Below are positions 38,600 to 50,036 of a DNA stretch of 64,000 nt, one piece after another (within the stretch, counting starts at the first letter, position 1; the number at the start of each line of letters is the position of its first letter). The DNA lies in the NCBI RefSeq assembly GCF_006345805.1, contig NC_043006.1:79608001-79672000 (forward strand), in the 5' to 3' direction. A program made the position numbers and the translations under genes. Under the pieces are notes generated by a model. It was not told where the DNA came from and did not search any database. It saw nothing but the letters and a program-made list of their open reading frames with translations. This DNA comes from Octopus sinensis (taxonomy: Eukaryota).

Positions 38600-40110
38600 A
38601 GCCTTTGCAAATCCTCTGCATTCAAGGCCTACATTTCATTACTATACAGCACTTGCCTCATATACAAGTATCATAGACTTCCTTTCATTCTGAAGGAGAT
38701 AACAGCTCCTTGAACTTTTTCCAACTCCTTCCTATACTGGCTACTCTGCTTTCAGATCTCCTACCACCACTGCTAAATAGGTCACCTAGGTAACAGAAGC
38801 TATAAATCACTCCTAGTCAGTTTTGTATTATTAGTACCTATTGCCCCCTTGTACTTGCTGCATGTGACATCTACTCTCTTTGTTGTTTGCTTGTGATTCC
38901 ACAATGATCTCCAAATCTTGTGAACATCCAGTTTGCAATGAGTACACCATATGGAATTCTAGCCAACTCCTTTTCTACATACACAGCATAGTCATTTCCT
39001 TGATAGTAGCAGAGTTTTGTCTTCTCTTCTTACTAACTAATAATTTAGTCTTTAAGTTTACTTTGAAGAACCTTGATTTTTTTTGGTTCCATATCAAGAA
39101 CTTCTCTAATTCTATTGGAGATTTGGTAAAAAAAATATAGGTCATAAGCACACTGGAGTTCTCACACAGTTGGTCTTAACATTTTACTGATATACCTTGG
39201 AAGACTACAACAAACAGAAAGGGACTGAGGAGTGAACCTTCACGGACTCCAATTTGAACATCAAATTCATTGCTGAATACACTGCTATGCTTCTGAATAT
39301 CTCATATAGCTCTCACAAGTCTTTCATCTAACCCTAGCTTATCACTGACCTCCAGCTCACTGGGCATGAAACCTTGTCAAATGTTTTCTAAGTCAACAAA
39401 TGCCAGGTATAGAGGCTTAATCTTGACTAAGTACTTCTGTAGTTTTTTCACTAAGAAGATGACATCAGAAATACTTCTTTCTGGCACAAAACCAAACTAC
39501 ATTTCATCTCAGTTTATTCTCTTCCTATTCAACTGAGCTACAGCTATAACTCTTTCCGTAACTTTCATAATTTGATCAAACCAGTTGACACCTCTATAGT
39601 CTCCTCTCTTTAGCGCATCTCCTTACTCTTATAACACTTGATGCAGCTGCTACACTAACCATTGGATATGAACGTCCTCTTGTACTACTTAATTTATTAT
39701 GCAAATAATTGGTCCTAGCACCACTTTGCTAGACATTCAAGCATTCCAACAGTAATTCCTGATAGACAGGGTGTCTACCCTGCCTTCTTATCCTTAATTA
39801 CTCTATCCACCATACAGTGTCAACTTGGCTCATTCTATGATTGGGTATACTTATGTTCGACCCTTTCTCTCCTATGCATACTCATCATTCTACTCATAAG
39901 AGCATTTCTGTACTTCCTTCTTTTCATTCAGTATGCACTCCACAACATTCTGGTTTTCTTATCTTTCATACTCTACCTTGCAATCTAGCATGCTCCACAC
40001 TTCTGATCTTCATATCTTAGAACATTGGCAAACTTCTTTTCACCTTTTCCCTTTGCTATAAATATACCTGACGTCTTCTGTTCTTGCATCTTTGCTAACC
40101 ACTTTCGTCC
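38600..40110 (-). mobile_element. Old, heavily decayed RTE LINE
   Basis: Minus SFCYLGDLFSSGG..SESRVA..SWKKFKELL near 38700-38810 and GEKKFANVLRYEDQK near 40050, both homologous to the plus-strand RTE copies. Confidence 0.65.
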
Positions 40111-43100
40111 AGTCCTTCCAGACATGTTACATACATGTGTGTATGTCATACAGAAGACAAAGTGGAAACAAAGTCTAATTATAAGGTAAATGCTAAACAA
40201 AAAAGGGATGAAGTAGATAAGTTTTGAATGTTTTGAGCTTAGACAATTCTTAGAAGAGATTAACAGAAAGAAGAAAGGAAAAACAGGAATAATGGAGAAA
40301 AGAATTTTAGTTTATCACCTCATGTTGGCACTGACTAGAGCTGTTAGCTCTAGATGATTGGAAATTAACAAGGAAAGTTATTTCATATTTACAAGGTCAG
40401 CTGGGGAGGTAACTGTGATCCAGTGTGCAATTAAAATTTTGGAGTGTTTGGAGAGAGAAGATAAGTTCTTGTTCACATTGGAAATATCAAAAAGATTGAT
40501 CAACAAGTCAGAAATGACATGAAACTGGAGGATCATTGCCAAGGTTATCTTCAAACTATTTAGTGAATCTGTTGATCAGATGTCATCTTGTCAGTTCAAG
40601 AAGTTGCAAAGAGCACTTTAAGAAGTGGATTAGATAGGTAGAGGCACAGGTGGAGTCATATATAATAATACCTAGAAAGAGATAGGCACTAGACAGCTAG
40701 ATGGATGTGAACAACTTTCACACATATCTACATTTGTACACATACATCACATTGTGTAATCTCCCATGATATGGCAAAAGCAATTTTCTTTATATTTCTT
40801 ACAGTGGCACAGGGCTCAAATTTCAGGAATGGGGACAGTCTATTATAAGAACCCAAGAAGGATGAAAAGCAAGATTGACATCAGTGGAATCTGAACTTGG
40901 AACATTAAGAGATGCAGCAAATTATCGAAAGGCAAATGGCAATTTATCTGATGCTCTAAGATTCTGCCAATCTACTCACCTAAGAAATTAAATATGAAAA
41001 GTAAAAAGTACGATGATAGAAAAACGAATGTCACTTCATTTTTTTAAAACTTCCTATCTTGAACTTGCCAATACAAGAAAATGAGGCAGACAGTTTTAAA
41101 AAATGGGGTGCACAAAATTTCGAGAGGTGGTTAAAGATTCTACTGACAGAGATTTCCGATGAAAAGTCAAGATCAGAATAATAGCAAGAATAATTTAACG
41201 AAAAAGCGACACACAGGAACAATATACGACTATTTAGGATCTGACAAGTTCGAGGTTACTATTTTCATCAGTTTAGGAGGGCAGCAGAGATGGAACTGTT
41301 TCGACTTCTCTACTCTTGGATTTTCGGAGTCGATGAGTCTCTCCATCACTCGAGGGTTAATAAAATAAGTATCAGTATTATTTGTGACATTCTATCAACA
41401 ATAACAAGAATACACCCGTCTCCATTACATAAATAAATATAATAAAATAGATCTGAAAAATCTAATCTTTCAAAACAAAACCCCGAGGGTATTCAGAAAT
41501 CTAAGAAAAATATATAAAGAGAGATGTGAGCCATTAAGAACAGATGCAGAAAATTTATTTAATTTTTTAAATTAGAAAAATAAATTACTAGAAAAGAACT
41601 TATTGATTTTTTTCCAAACGAGGAGGACTCGGGTCAATTTTCGAATTACCATACTAGTTAAATTCATTCTTTTTTTTTTTTTTTATCTTGGCCCCTCTGG
41701 ATCATAACAGACAATTCTGACTCCGAAAGCAACAGTTTGTTTATTACCGGATATCACATCTTTCAAGCAATTATATAATAATCAGTAATAAGTGTCTACA
41801 CATGATTTTTAGTTAAACTTTCGATATATATATAAGAGAGAAATTCGACCGATCTAATATGACTAAATCATTCATCATTGACGTCAACACATTTCCAGCC
41901 GTTTTTACCGCCTTGATTGCTTCAGGCGGGATGAGTTCAGGAAGAATACCATGTCTGCATCTCTTCAATTCCTTCGGGAGGTTGTATTTCTGTCTTATGC
42001 CAGATCTAAACAATCTCACGACTAATTATTTTTTCCAACTTAATCCCTAATCCCGCCTTTTTTACTCCGATGCAAAAAAAAAAAAAAAGCTCTACAACAG
42101 ATGTTGCTTCAACATGAACGTAGTAACAAAGAAAAAAAATTAGGTTTGAGTAATTACTTATTTGTCAGAGAAACACACATGGGTGGAATTTTGCCCACAC
42201 CCTCGCCATCACACAAAAACGAACACAGAATTTTTACGCACCAGCATGCAAGGAAATATTTCTTAATATTCGAAAAATGGAATTCGTTTCTCCTTTTATT
42301 TTTTATTTTAACAGATTAAAAATTAAAAATATCTTTTAAACCCTCAGTTTAAATATAAGATGGTCGTCTCGATTCTATTTTTTGAGAGGAAGAAGAAACT
42401 AAGATCACACAAGTTTGTTAAAGACAGTAAAAAATTAAAGGTTAGATAGAAAGAAGGGCGTATTCACTTGATGCTCGGGTCTTAAGCATAAACTGTCATA
42501 AAAAAAAGGGCTTTCCTAGCTATTTGATAAAAAAAAGTTCAAACACATGGATATGTAGGAATTTTTCAAAGCTTTATAACAATCCTGAGAATCATGAGCA
42601 TCTGGCTACATATACATGAATCAATAAATACACATGTGTAGTTTCAGTTCTCACCTGTTTAATATTAAAACTTATACACCTTAATCTACATACTGGATAT
42701 ACAATGAGACATGCTACGTTATTTTAGACATGTAGGCAGATATTTAATAAATAATCCGAAACATTGTCAATAATATTTAGCAACGTAGTAACAACTCGTC
42801 GTTATACATTATACATGTATATACGCACACACATAAAGTCTACATACATGTCTTATGTCTTGGGTTTAAATAAGCTAACCAAATTCAAATCAATTCTGTA
42901 ATCGCATTATACATACATACATTCCTTCCTACATTATGGTTATATGCGGGTATGTAAAGGTGTATAACATGATGATGATAGAATAACATCCCACCGGCTT
43001 CGGGCCACATGGTAGAGAGAGCTTCTCGAAATTTGCTTTCTACACACATTCACTCGAAATAAATTTACGAAATACATTCGTAAATTTTCTTTTACCAGGT

Positions 43101-43939
43101 AAAAACTAAATCTGAATTTTTTGATTTTATACATCAAAGTTATTAAATGACAACAGATGTATAAATATATATTTTTAATATATATATATATAAATTCCTG
43201 AGGCGAATTAAGACTCCAATCCCAACGAATGTTCTGAATCTACTTATGGTAAAAAAAAAAAAAAATGATGGAGTCAGTCAAAAAAGCTGTAATATTTAAG
43301 ACATTATTTCAAAGGTTAATATATTTGATAGAGCGAAAACAGACAATTTATAGTAAAGTAAAAATTATATATGCTGTTACTATCCTGGAGATATTTATGG
43401 AGAAGTTTGGTGGATCGATATAAAAATTATTTATGCAACGAAAGGATTCCATCATACAATGTTTGTTAAAACTATCGATTTTTTTTTTCTTTTTTCATTT
43501 TTTTTGGTAGATCATAGACAAAAATATGTCTTAGTTAACAACTTACAGTTGAACATGAGAAAAAAAAACGACCGGCAACGTGAGCGCAAAACCAACAAAA
43601 AAATCTCCATCTCAAAGCTAGTAACAGGATTCATACAAAAACTGTGTACACATGTTCCTAAAGAATTCATTGGGTAACATTCACAGAGAGAGATAAAGGC
43701 ATCTAAAACATGATAAAGACACACGATTTGTCATCATTTATCCAACAATATACATATAAATGTAAGTATATATATAGATACAGATAGATATAGATATATA
43801 TAACGAAAAAATATTTCTTCCCCCCCTCCTCTTAGCAAATATTCGCCGAATCGATTTACAGCGGTAAAGACAACTACAAGAGGCAGAAATAATTGAAGGA
43901 AATTTAGCAACGTAGATCTGTTGAAGTTTCTGTACCAAC

Positions 43940-44020
43940 CTCGGAGTGTGTCCGAATGTCTTTATCCACGCTAAGAAGATTTCCCAACAAAGTTTCGAAT
44001 TGTGTTTGATCGTCAGCCAT
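43940..44020 (-). CDS. IPO5: Importin-5 (karyopherin beta-3/RanBP5) coding exon 1
   Basis: Minus strand ATG at 44020 in context acaacATGG encodes MADDQTQFETLLGNLLSVDKDIRTHSE (27 aa), matching the IPO5 N-terminus (human [23 protein letters not shown]). Ends phase 0 at donor GAG|GTTGGT. Confidence 0.93.
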
Positions 44021-44200
44021 GTTGTTATGTGTGATAAAAGGATGACCTCAAGTTCCCGCGTGTTCGCAACTAGTTCGCTTGCAGTTATCTCCTCTTGGCG
44101 ATCTTTAATGATGATTATGATGATGATGATAATGGATCACCGGCCGTTGATTCATTAACGAACATGTGTGGGGTTGTCAAAGCACACTTAGATACTTTCC
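44021..44200 (-). promoter_or_regulatory. Probable IPO5 5' UTR / proximal promoter
   Basis: Unique, CpG-retaining sequence directly upstream of the ATG, including AGTTCCCGCG (44051-44060, E2F-site-like). Transcription start not determinable from sequence. Confidence 0.6.
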
Positions 44201-44504
44201 CTTTGGAGACAACGATATGCAGTTCACATTTTTTCATGTGTATATCTGTGTGTACGCTTATTACTGTTAGTAACAGATATTGATTTTAATTTTCATAGCA
44301 TCATACGTGTGTGTCTATATATTATATATATATGTATGTATGTGTGTGTATCTATACTTTCATATTGTCGTGCAGTATATTCCTAATTAAGGTATATAAG
44401 TCAAAATCTTAAGGACGGTTTATATATATATATTATATCAATGGCGGTGCCCCAGCATGGCCACAGCTCGTGAGCTGAAACTAGATAAAATATAAAAATA
44501 TCAA

Positions 44505-44538
<34 letters not shown>

Positions 44539-44539
44539 A

Positions 44540-44770
44540 TAGCATAGATACCCGGCGTTGCTAGGGGTTAAAATGGCATAGTTTTTTTTTGTTTTATTTT
44601 TTGGGTCATGTGACTGCGGCGATGCTGGAGCAACGCCTTAGTCAAAGAAGTCCACCCCAGGATTTATTTTTTGTAAGCCTAGTACTTATTCGATCGAAGT
44701 ATTTTGCCAAACACTGCTAAGTTGCAGGGACGTAAACACATCAGTTGTCGGGCGTTACAAGCACAGACAC
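44540..44770. mobile_element. Composite repeat: Helitron/HINE-like leader joined to a SINE 3' part (second copy 51363-~51850)
   Basis: Both copies start tagca..atacccRgcNttRctNgggNttaaaatggcat and run into gtcatgtga(c/t)tgcRgcNatgYtggagca. The Helitron assignment is an inference. Confidence 0.45.
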
Positions 44771-44774
44771 TCAT

Positions 44775-44859
<85 letters not shown>

Positions 44860-44880
44860 TATATGTATGTGTGTGTGTAA
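44775..44880. repeat. (CA)n(TA)n microsatellite
   Basis: Direct inspection. Confidence 0.95.
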
Positions 44881-45509
44881 TATATATGGAAAAAAATGTC
44901 AAGATAGAAAAGGCTAAAATAATTTTATAAACAACATTTCATATATATATATATACATGTATATCATCATCATCATCATCATTTAACGTCCGCTTTCCAT
45001 GCTAGCATGGGTTGGACGGTTCAACTGGGGTCTGGGGAGCCCGAAGGCTGCACCAGGCCAATCAGATCTGGCAGTGTTTCTACAGCTGGATGCCCTTCCT
45101 AACGCCAACCACTCCAAGAGTGTAGTGGGTGATTTTATGTGCCACCGACACAGGTGCCAGACGAGGCTGGCGAACGGCCACGCTCGGATGGTGTTTTTAT
45201 GTGCCACCGTCACAGGTGCCAGACAAGGCTGGCGAAGATGATGATGATGATGATATATATATATACATGTATATGTATATATATATACATATATATATAT
45301 ATACATGTATATGTATACATATACACAAACATCATCATCATCGTTTAACGTCCATTTTCCGTGCTAGCACGGGTTGGACGGTTCGACCGGGGTTTGGGAA
45401 GCCAGGAGACTGGCAGTGGCCACGATCGGTTGGTACTTTTTACGTGCCACCGGCACAGAAGCCAGTCATATCAAACATATATATATATATATGTATGTAT
45501 ATGCATGTT

Positions 45510-48210
45510 ATCCATGGACATTTTGGACAACATGCAAGGGGCTTCCATAGCATACATGGAGGCTACAGTTTTGGTTCATGCCGTGAGGAGGGAATCAGGC
45601 TGCTGGAGTTCTGTGATGCAAATGGTTTTATGGTTCAGGAAACCTGCCAGTCACCTACAGATCTGGTAGACACACTAGTCAAATTGAGTACATCCTCGCC
45701 AGGAAAAAGGAAAGATGGCTATTTTTAAATGCCAAAATCTTCCCAGGCGAAGAATGTACCCCACAATAATTGACTAGTAGTTAGTGACTTCAGGATTAGG
45801 GCTAAATGGATGCCCAGAAGACAACCAGCATGGCGAAGAAAGGTCTGGAAGCTTAAAGACCCTGCGAATGGACAGAGATTTAGAGACGTATTACTCAAAG
45901 CTTTTGACGAAATAGAGGGGGATATAGCATCACATGATGTGGAAGACAACTGGAAGTTTCTACAAGACAACCTGCTGAGGGCCACTGACCAGATCTGTGA
46001 GTGGTGCAAAGTCCTCTCTTGACCCAAGGTAACATGATGGTGGAACAATGTTGTTGACATGGTCATTAGGGAAAATAAATGACTTGGAAGGACTGGAAAA
46101 ATGGTGGTAACTGGGAATTGTGTCAGACTGCAAGAAGGGAATCTAGGAGACAGATTTATTTACCAAGAGGGGAAGCAGATAACAAAAAATTTGCTAATGT
46201 TCTGCTCCATGAGGACCAAAGACTTGAAATATTTCGTGTTGCAAGATAGTGTGTGAGAGAATAGTGATGTTGTAGGAGAGAAATGTGTCCGCATGGATGA
46301 TGGTTCACTTGCATTACATGAGGCTGCAAAGAGAGAGGTTTGGAGACGCCACTATGAAAGGTTGCTAAATAAAGAGAATAAATGGGAGAAAGAGAGTCCT
46401 GCTGAATGCTGACCCAACAGAGGGACCAGCTATCCGAATTGACAGTATTCAGGTAGATAAAACAATTAAGGGTATGAAGACAAGAAAAGCCCCAGGCCCA
46501 TCAGGAATCACTGCAGCGATGCTCAAAATATCTGGCAGTGTCGGCTGTAGCCTAGTCACCTATATAGTCAACCAGGTGATACATGAGGGAATCATACCCA
46601 ATAACTGGTGTAGAAGCACCATAATCAACTGCTACAAAAGTAAAGGTGACGCTTTAGATACAAATAATTACAGAGGTATAAAATTAGATCAGGTAATGTA
46701 TGTAAAAGACAGGGTCATAGCCTAACTAATTAGGGAGAAAGTCAGCCTAAACGAGATGCAGTTTGAGTTCATGCCAAGGAAAAGCACCACTGATATTATG
46801 TTTCTGGTAAGACAGCTGCAGGAGATATACCAAGCCAAAGATAAACCTCTGTACCTGGCTTTCGTTGACATGGAGAAAGCCTTTGACAGTGTCCCTCGAT
46901 CCCTTATCTGGTGGTCAATGAGGAAACTAGGGATAGATGAATGGTTAGTGAGAGCTGTGCAAGCCATATACAGGGACACTGTCAGAAGGGTTGGCAACAA
47001 GTACAGTGAAGAATTCCAGGTAGGAGTAGGTGTCCACCAAGGATCAGTCCTCAGCACCCTCTTATTCATCTTAGTCCTCCATGCAATAACAGAGGAATAC
47101 AAGACAGGATGCTCCTGGTAGCTCCTCTATGCTGATGACCTTTCTTTAATTGCTCAATCACTATCAGAACTAGAGGAGAAGTTTCAGGTGTGGAAGCAAG
47201 GATAAGAATCAAAAGGCCTTAGAGTGAACCTAGCAAAAACCAAAGTCTTAATAAGTAGGAAGGCAGACAAACCACAAATCCTTTCAGGTAGATGGCCATG
47301 CTCAATCTGAAGAAAAGATGTAGGTAGATGTACCCAGTGTAAGCTCTGGACACATAAGAAGTGCAGCAATATCAAAGGAAGGCTAACTGGGAAGATAGTG
47401 GCAAATGCTTAGGAGCAACAAACATGAAAATGTGCAGAGAACAGCTTCTGTCACATTCCAGGGAGAAAAACTACAAGTAGTTGATAGCTTCCATTACCTA
47501 GGGGACCAAGTCAGTAGTAGGGGTGGATGCTCTGAAGGTGTAGCTGCTATAATAAGAATAGCCGGGGCAAAATTCAGAGAGCTCCTACCTCTGCTGGTGA
47601 CAAAGGGCCTCTCACTCAGAGTAAAAGGTAGACTGTATGACGCATGTGTACAAACAGCCATGCTACATGGCAGTGAAACATGGGCCATGACTGTTGAGGG
47701 CTTGCATAAGCTTGCAAGGAATGAAGCCAGTATTCTCTGCTGGATGTGCAATGTCAGTGTGCATACACGACAGAGAGTAAGTGCCCTGAGAGAAAGGTTG
47801 GACCTAAGAAGGATCAGATGTGGTGTGGAAGAGAGACAACTGTGCTGGTATGGTCATGTGTTGCAAATGGAGGAGGACAGCTGTATGAAAAAGTGTCATA
47901 CCTAGCAGTTGAAGGAACTTGTGGAAGAGGTAGATCCAGGAAGACCTGGGATGAGGTGGTGAAGCATGACCTTCGAACATTTGGCCTCACCGAGGCAATG
48001 AATAGTGACCAAGACTTTGGAGATATGCTGTGCTTGAAAAGACCCGGCAAGCCAAGTGAGACCATAACCCGTGGCCTATGCCAGTGGTGTATAACTAGCC
48101 CACTTATGAGTGCCCTTCATTCATTGGATAATAAACTTTGCTTCCGAAGACGTGTTGAGGCAAGTGAAATCAAAATCGCTGATGTGGCCAATGACAGTAC
48201 TGCCTGATTG
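45510..48210 (+). mobile_element. Second 5'-truncated RTE LINE, same family as 31321-34395
   Basis: RLLEFCDAN, QFEFMPRKSTTD, YLAFVDMEKAFD, GVHQGSVLS, LLYADDL, FHYLGD, MLHGSETWA, WYGHVL, TWDEVV motifs with stops. Its 3' UTR abuts the Penelope fragment. Confidence 0.93.
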
Positions 48211-48214
48211 GCAA

Positions 48215-48887
48215 TCGTAACCAGTGGCCTCGGTCATACAAGCTCCATTTAGTGGACACAAATTTTTAACTCTGCAGGAACAGTCAACTTCATTTAGTTG
48301 TTTTTGTTTATTGTGTGCAATTATATTTTTAAAGTTAGTAGTAGAACTAAAACTAATTTTTAAGTTAAGCCAATTAAATAGCTTTCTATAATTATAATTG
48401 ATTGGAAAATGCCTATCTATAAGGGATAAGAAGTATCTACCTATATTAAAGGTCACTTCGGGGGAGTAAGGTGGTGTGAACCAGATAATTTTCCTATTCC
48501 TATTTTTCCTTTTCTTTCATTAGAAAGGGCATCCAGCTGTAGAAACTCTGCCAGATCAAGATTGGAGCCTGGTGCAGCCATCTGGTTCACCAGCCCTCAG
48601 TCAAAATCATCCAACCATTGCTTGCATGGAAAGCGGACATTAAGCGATGATGATGATGATTTGCTACTGGACTAATGACAGGTGTACAGGTTATTTCTTC
48701 ACTAAAACCACTATCTTTTAAAGCTTTATTATATACTGTGGCAACAGTATTAAAAATGTTTATATTGGAGGAGAAGCTAGAAATTCTCTTGCTAATGTTT
48801 TTAACTAAATTCTTAAATACTATGAGGGGGTGGCAGGAACCTACATTAATATGGCTAAGTCTGTCGTTTAGCTTTCTATAGGGTTTG
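48215..48887 (-). mobile_element. Penelope-like element ORF fragment (RT thumb + linker), split by a 140-bp RTE tail at 48521-48660
   Basis: KPYRKLNDRLSHINVGSCHP..KRISSFSS..YNKALKDSGF, then RKNRNRKIIWFTPPYS..NIGRYFLSLIDRHFP..KLFN..CSCRVKNLCPLNGAC, the characteristic PLE linker. Confidence 0.9.
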
Positions 48888-49044
48888 TATGTATGTGTAT
48901 GCGTAGACATATATATGTATGTGTGTTTGTATATATATATGTACACATGTGTGTGAGTATGTATATAAATATATATATGTATATATATACATACATGCAT
49001 GTGTGTGTGTGTGTACATGTATGTGTGTGTATATGTGTGCATAT

Positions 49045-49225
49045 GCGGATTCTATGAATGAAGTATTACTTTCACCGTGCCTTTTGGAGCAATTTCCCTT
49101 TATTTAATGGATTTTTTCATAGTGTTTTGTCTTAATAACTGATGAGATGCCGGAGCAGACTTCATCCCCAGTATCCGAAACTGAGTTTTATTATGACAAC
49201 CAACTAATTGTCACATATTATATAT
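49045..49225 (+). mobile_element. Inverted Penelope pseudo-LTR (3' end of element)
   Basis: Plus-strand SMNEVLLSPC..FPFI* resembles the PLE GIY-YIG ORF terminus and is followed by a hammerhead fold. It is inverted relative to the adjacent ORF fragment, an arrangement known for PLEs. Confidence 0.65.
49127..49199 (+). ncRNA. Type I hammerhead ribozyme (minimal stem III), possibly slightly degenerate
   Basis: Stem I ttgtcttaataa/ttattatgacaa (11 of 12 pairs), core CTGATGA (49139-45), stem II gatgccgg..ccagtatc, GAAA (49177-80), stem III AC-tga-GT, predicted cleavage after GUU at 49187. Confidence 0.75.
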
Positions 49226-49385
49226 ATTTATACATATATATATATAAGTTCAGTAAAATTTAGATTCAGTTGAATATGGTACTTAAGTTAAAGGCACCAG
49301 AATTTAGTATGGTATTATCCATATAATTCAAAATGAGGTTGCTTATTTTGATTGATATATATGTGTGTATGTGTGTGTGTGTGTG

Positions 49386-49416
<31 letters not shown>

Positions 49417-49420
49417 GTCA

Positions 49421-49886
49421 GGTCACTTTCGAGTGCTACTGGTAACATGTAACCCAGTACAACCTGTTGCATGGTCGGGTCGTCGGCGACTAAACCGGCA
49501 ACCCCACCAAGCTTGCTTGGTGAGGAGGGTGTTTATTGGACACCCTGCGGGATGAAAAACAAAACCCATCAAAGGGCGGAGGAACTCTTGAGACTCAACG
49601 GCCATCCAATAAATGTCTTAAGGCTGTATCATGCGCAGGGACATAGAAATAATCGGACTGAATACCCGATCGCACGGTTAAACCATTGGGAGTGAAGGAC
49701 TCCTAGCCTTTGTTAGGGCATCCTTTTAGGAGAAGGTAACTCAGGTAACTGGGATAACTCCGACATAAAACCTGTGGCTCAGTAGTTACCAATGATGTTG
49801 ACTTGTTCTTCTTTTCGGATTATGGCTGCTGTTGCTTAGTGAGTGAGATTGACTCAGTGCAGAGCCTTTCCTCACTTTAAAAAAAA
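49421..49886 (+). mobile_element. Non-coding retroelement resembling an RTE 5' UTR, ending in a short poly(A)
   Basis: Contains ggcgactaaaccggcaacccc and taggagaaggtaactc motifs like those in RTE 5' UTRs, and ends ctttaaaaaaaa. No coding ORF. Confidence 0.5.
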
Positions 49887-49969
49887 TCTTCTTGCACAGG
49901 CATTGCACGATAATAACATTGGTTAAGCTTCATGCAATGGCCATACTCGATAATGAGGGGGCAGCCACC

Positions 49970-50001
<32 letters not shown>

Positions 50002-50036
50002 GGTAAGTATTGTATACAGTGCTCAGGTACAATATA

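Noticed and set aside
41813-42050. Overlapping ORFs in CpG-retaining intron 1 sequence
   Set aside because: No homology recognised. CpG retention is explained by proximity to the IPO5 promoter.
42645-42670. Minus-strand aacag|gtgaga as a recursive splice site
   Set aside because: Polypyrimidine tract too weak, and such AG-GT motifs are expected by chance in 29 kb.
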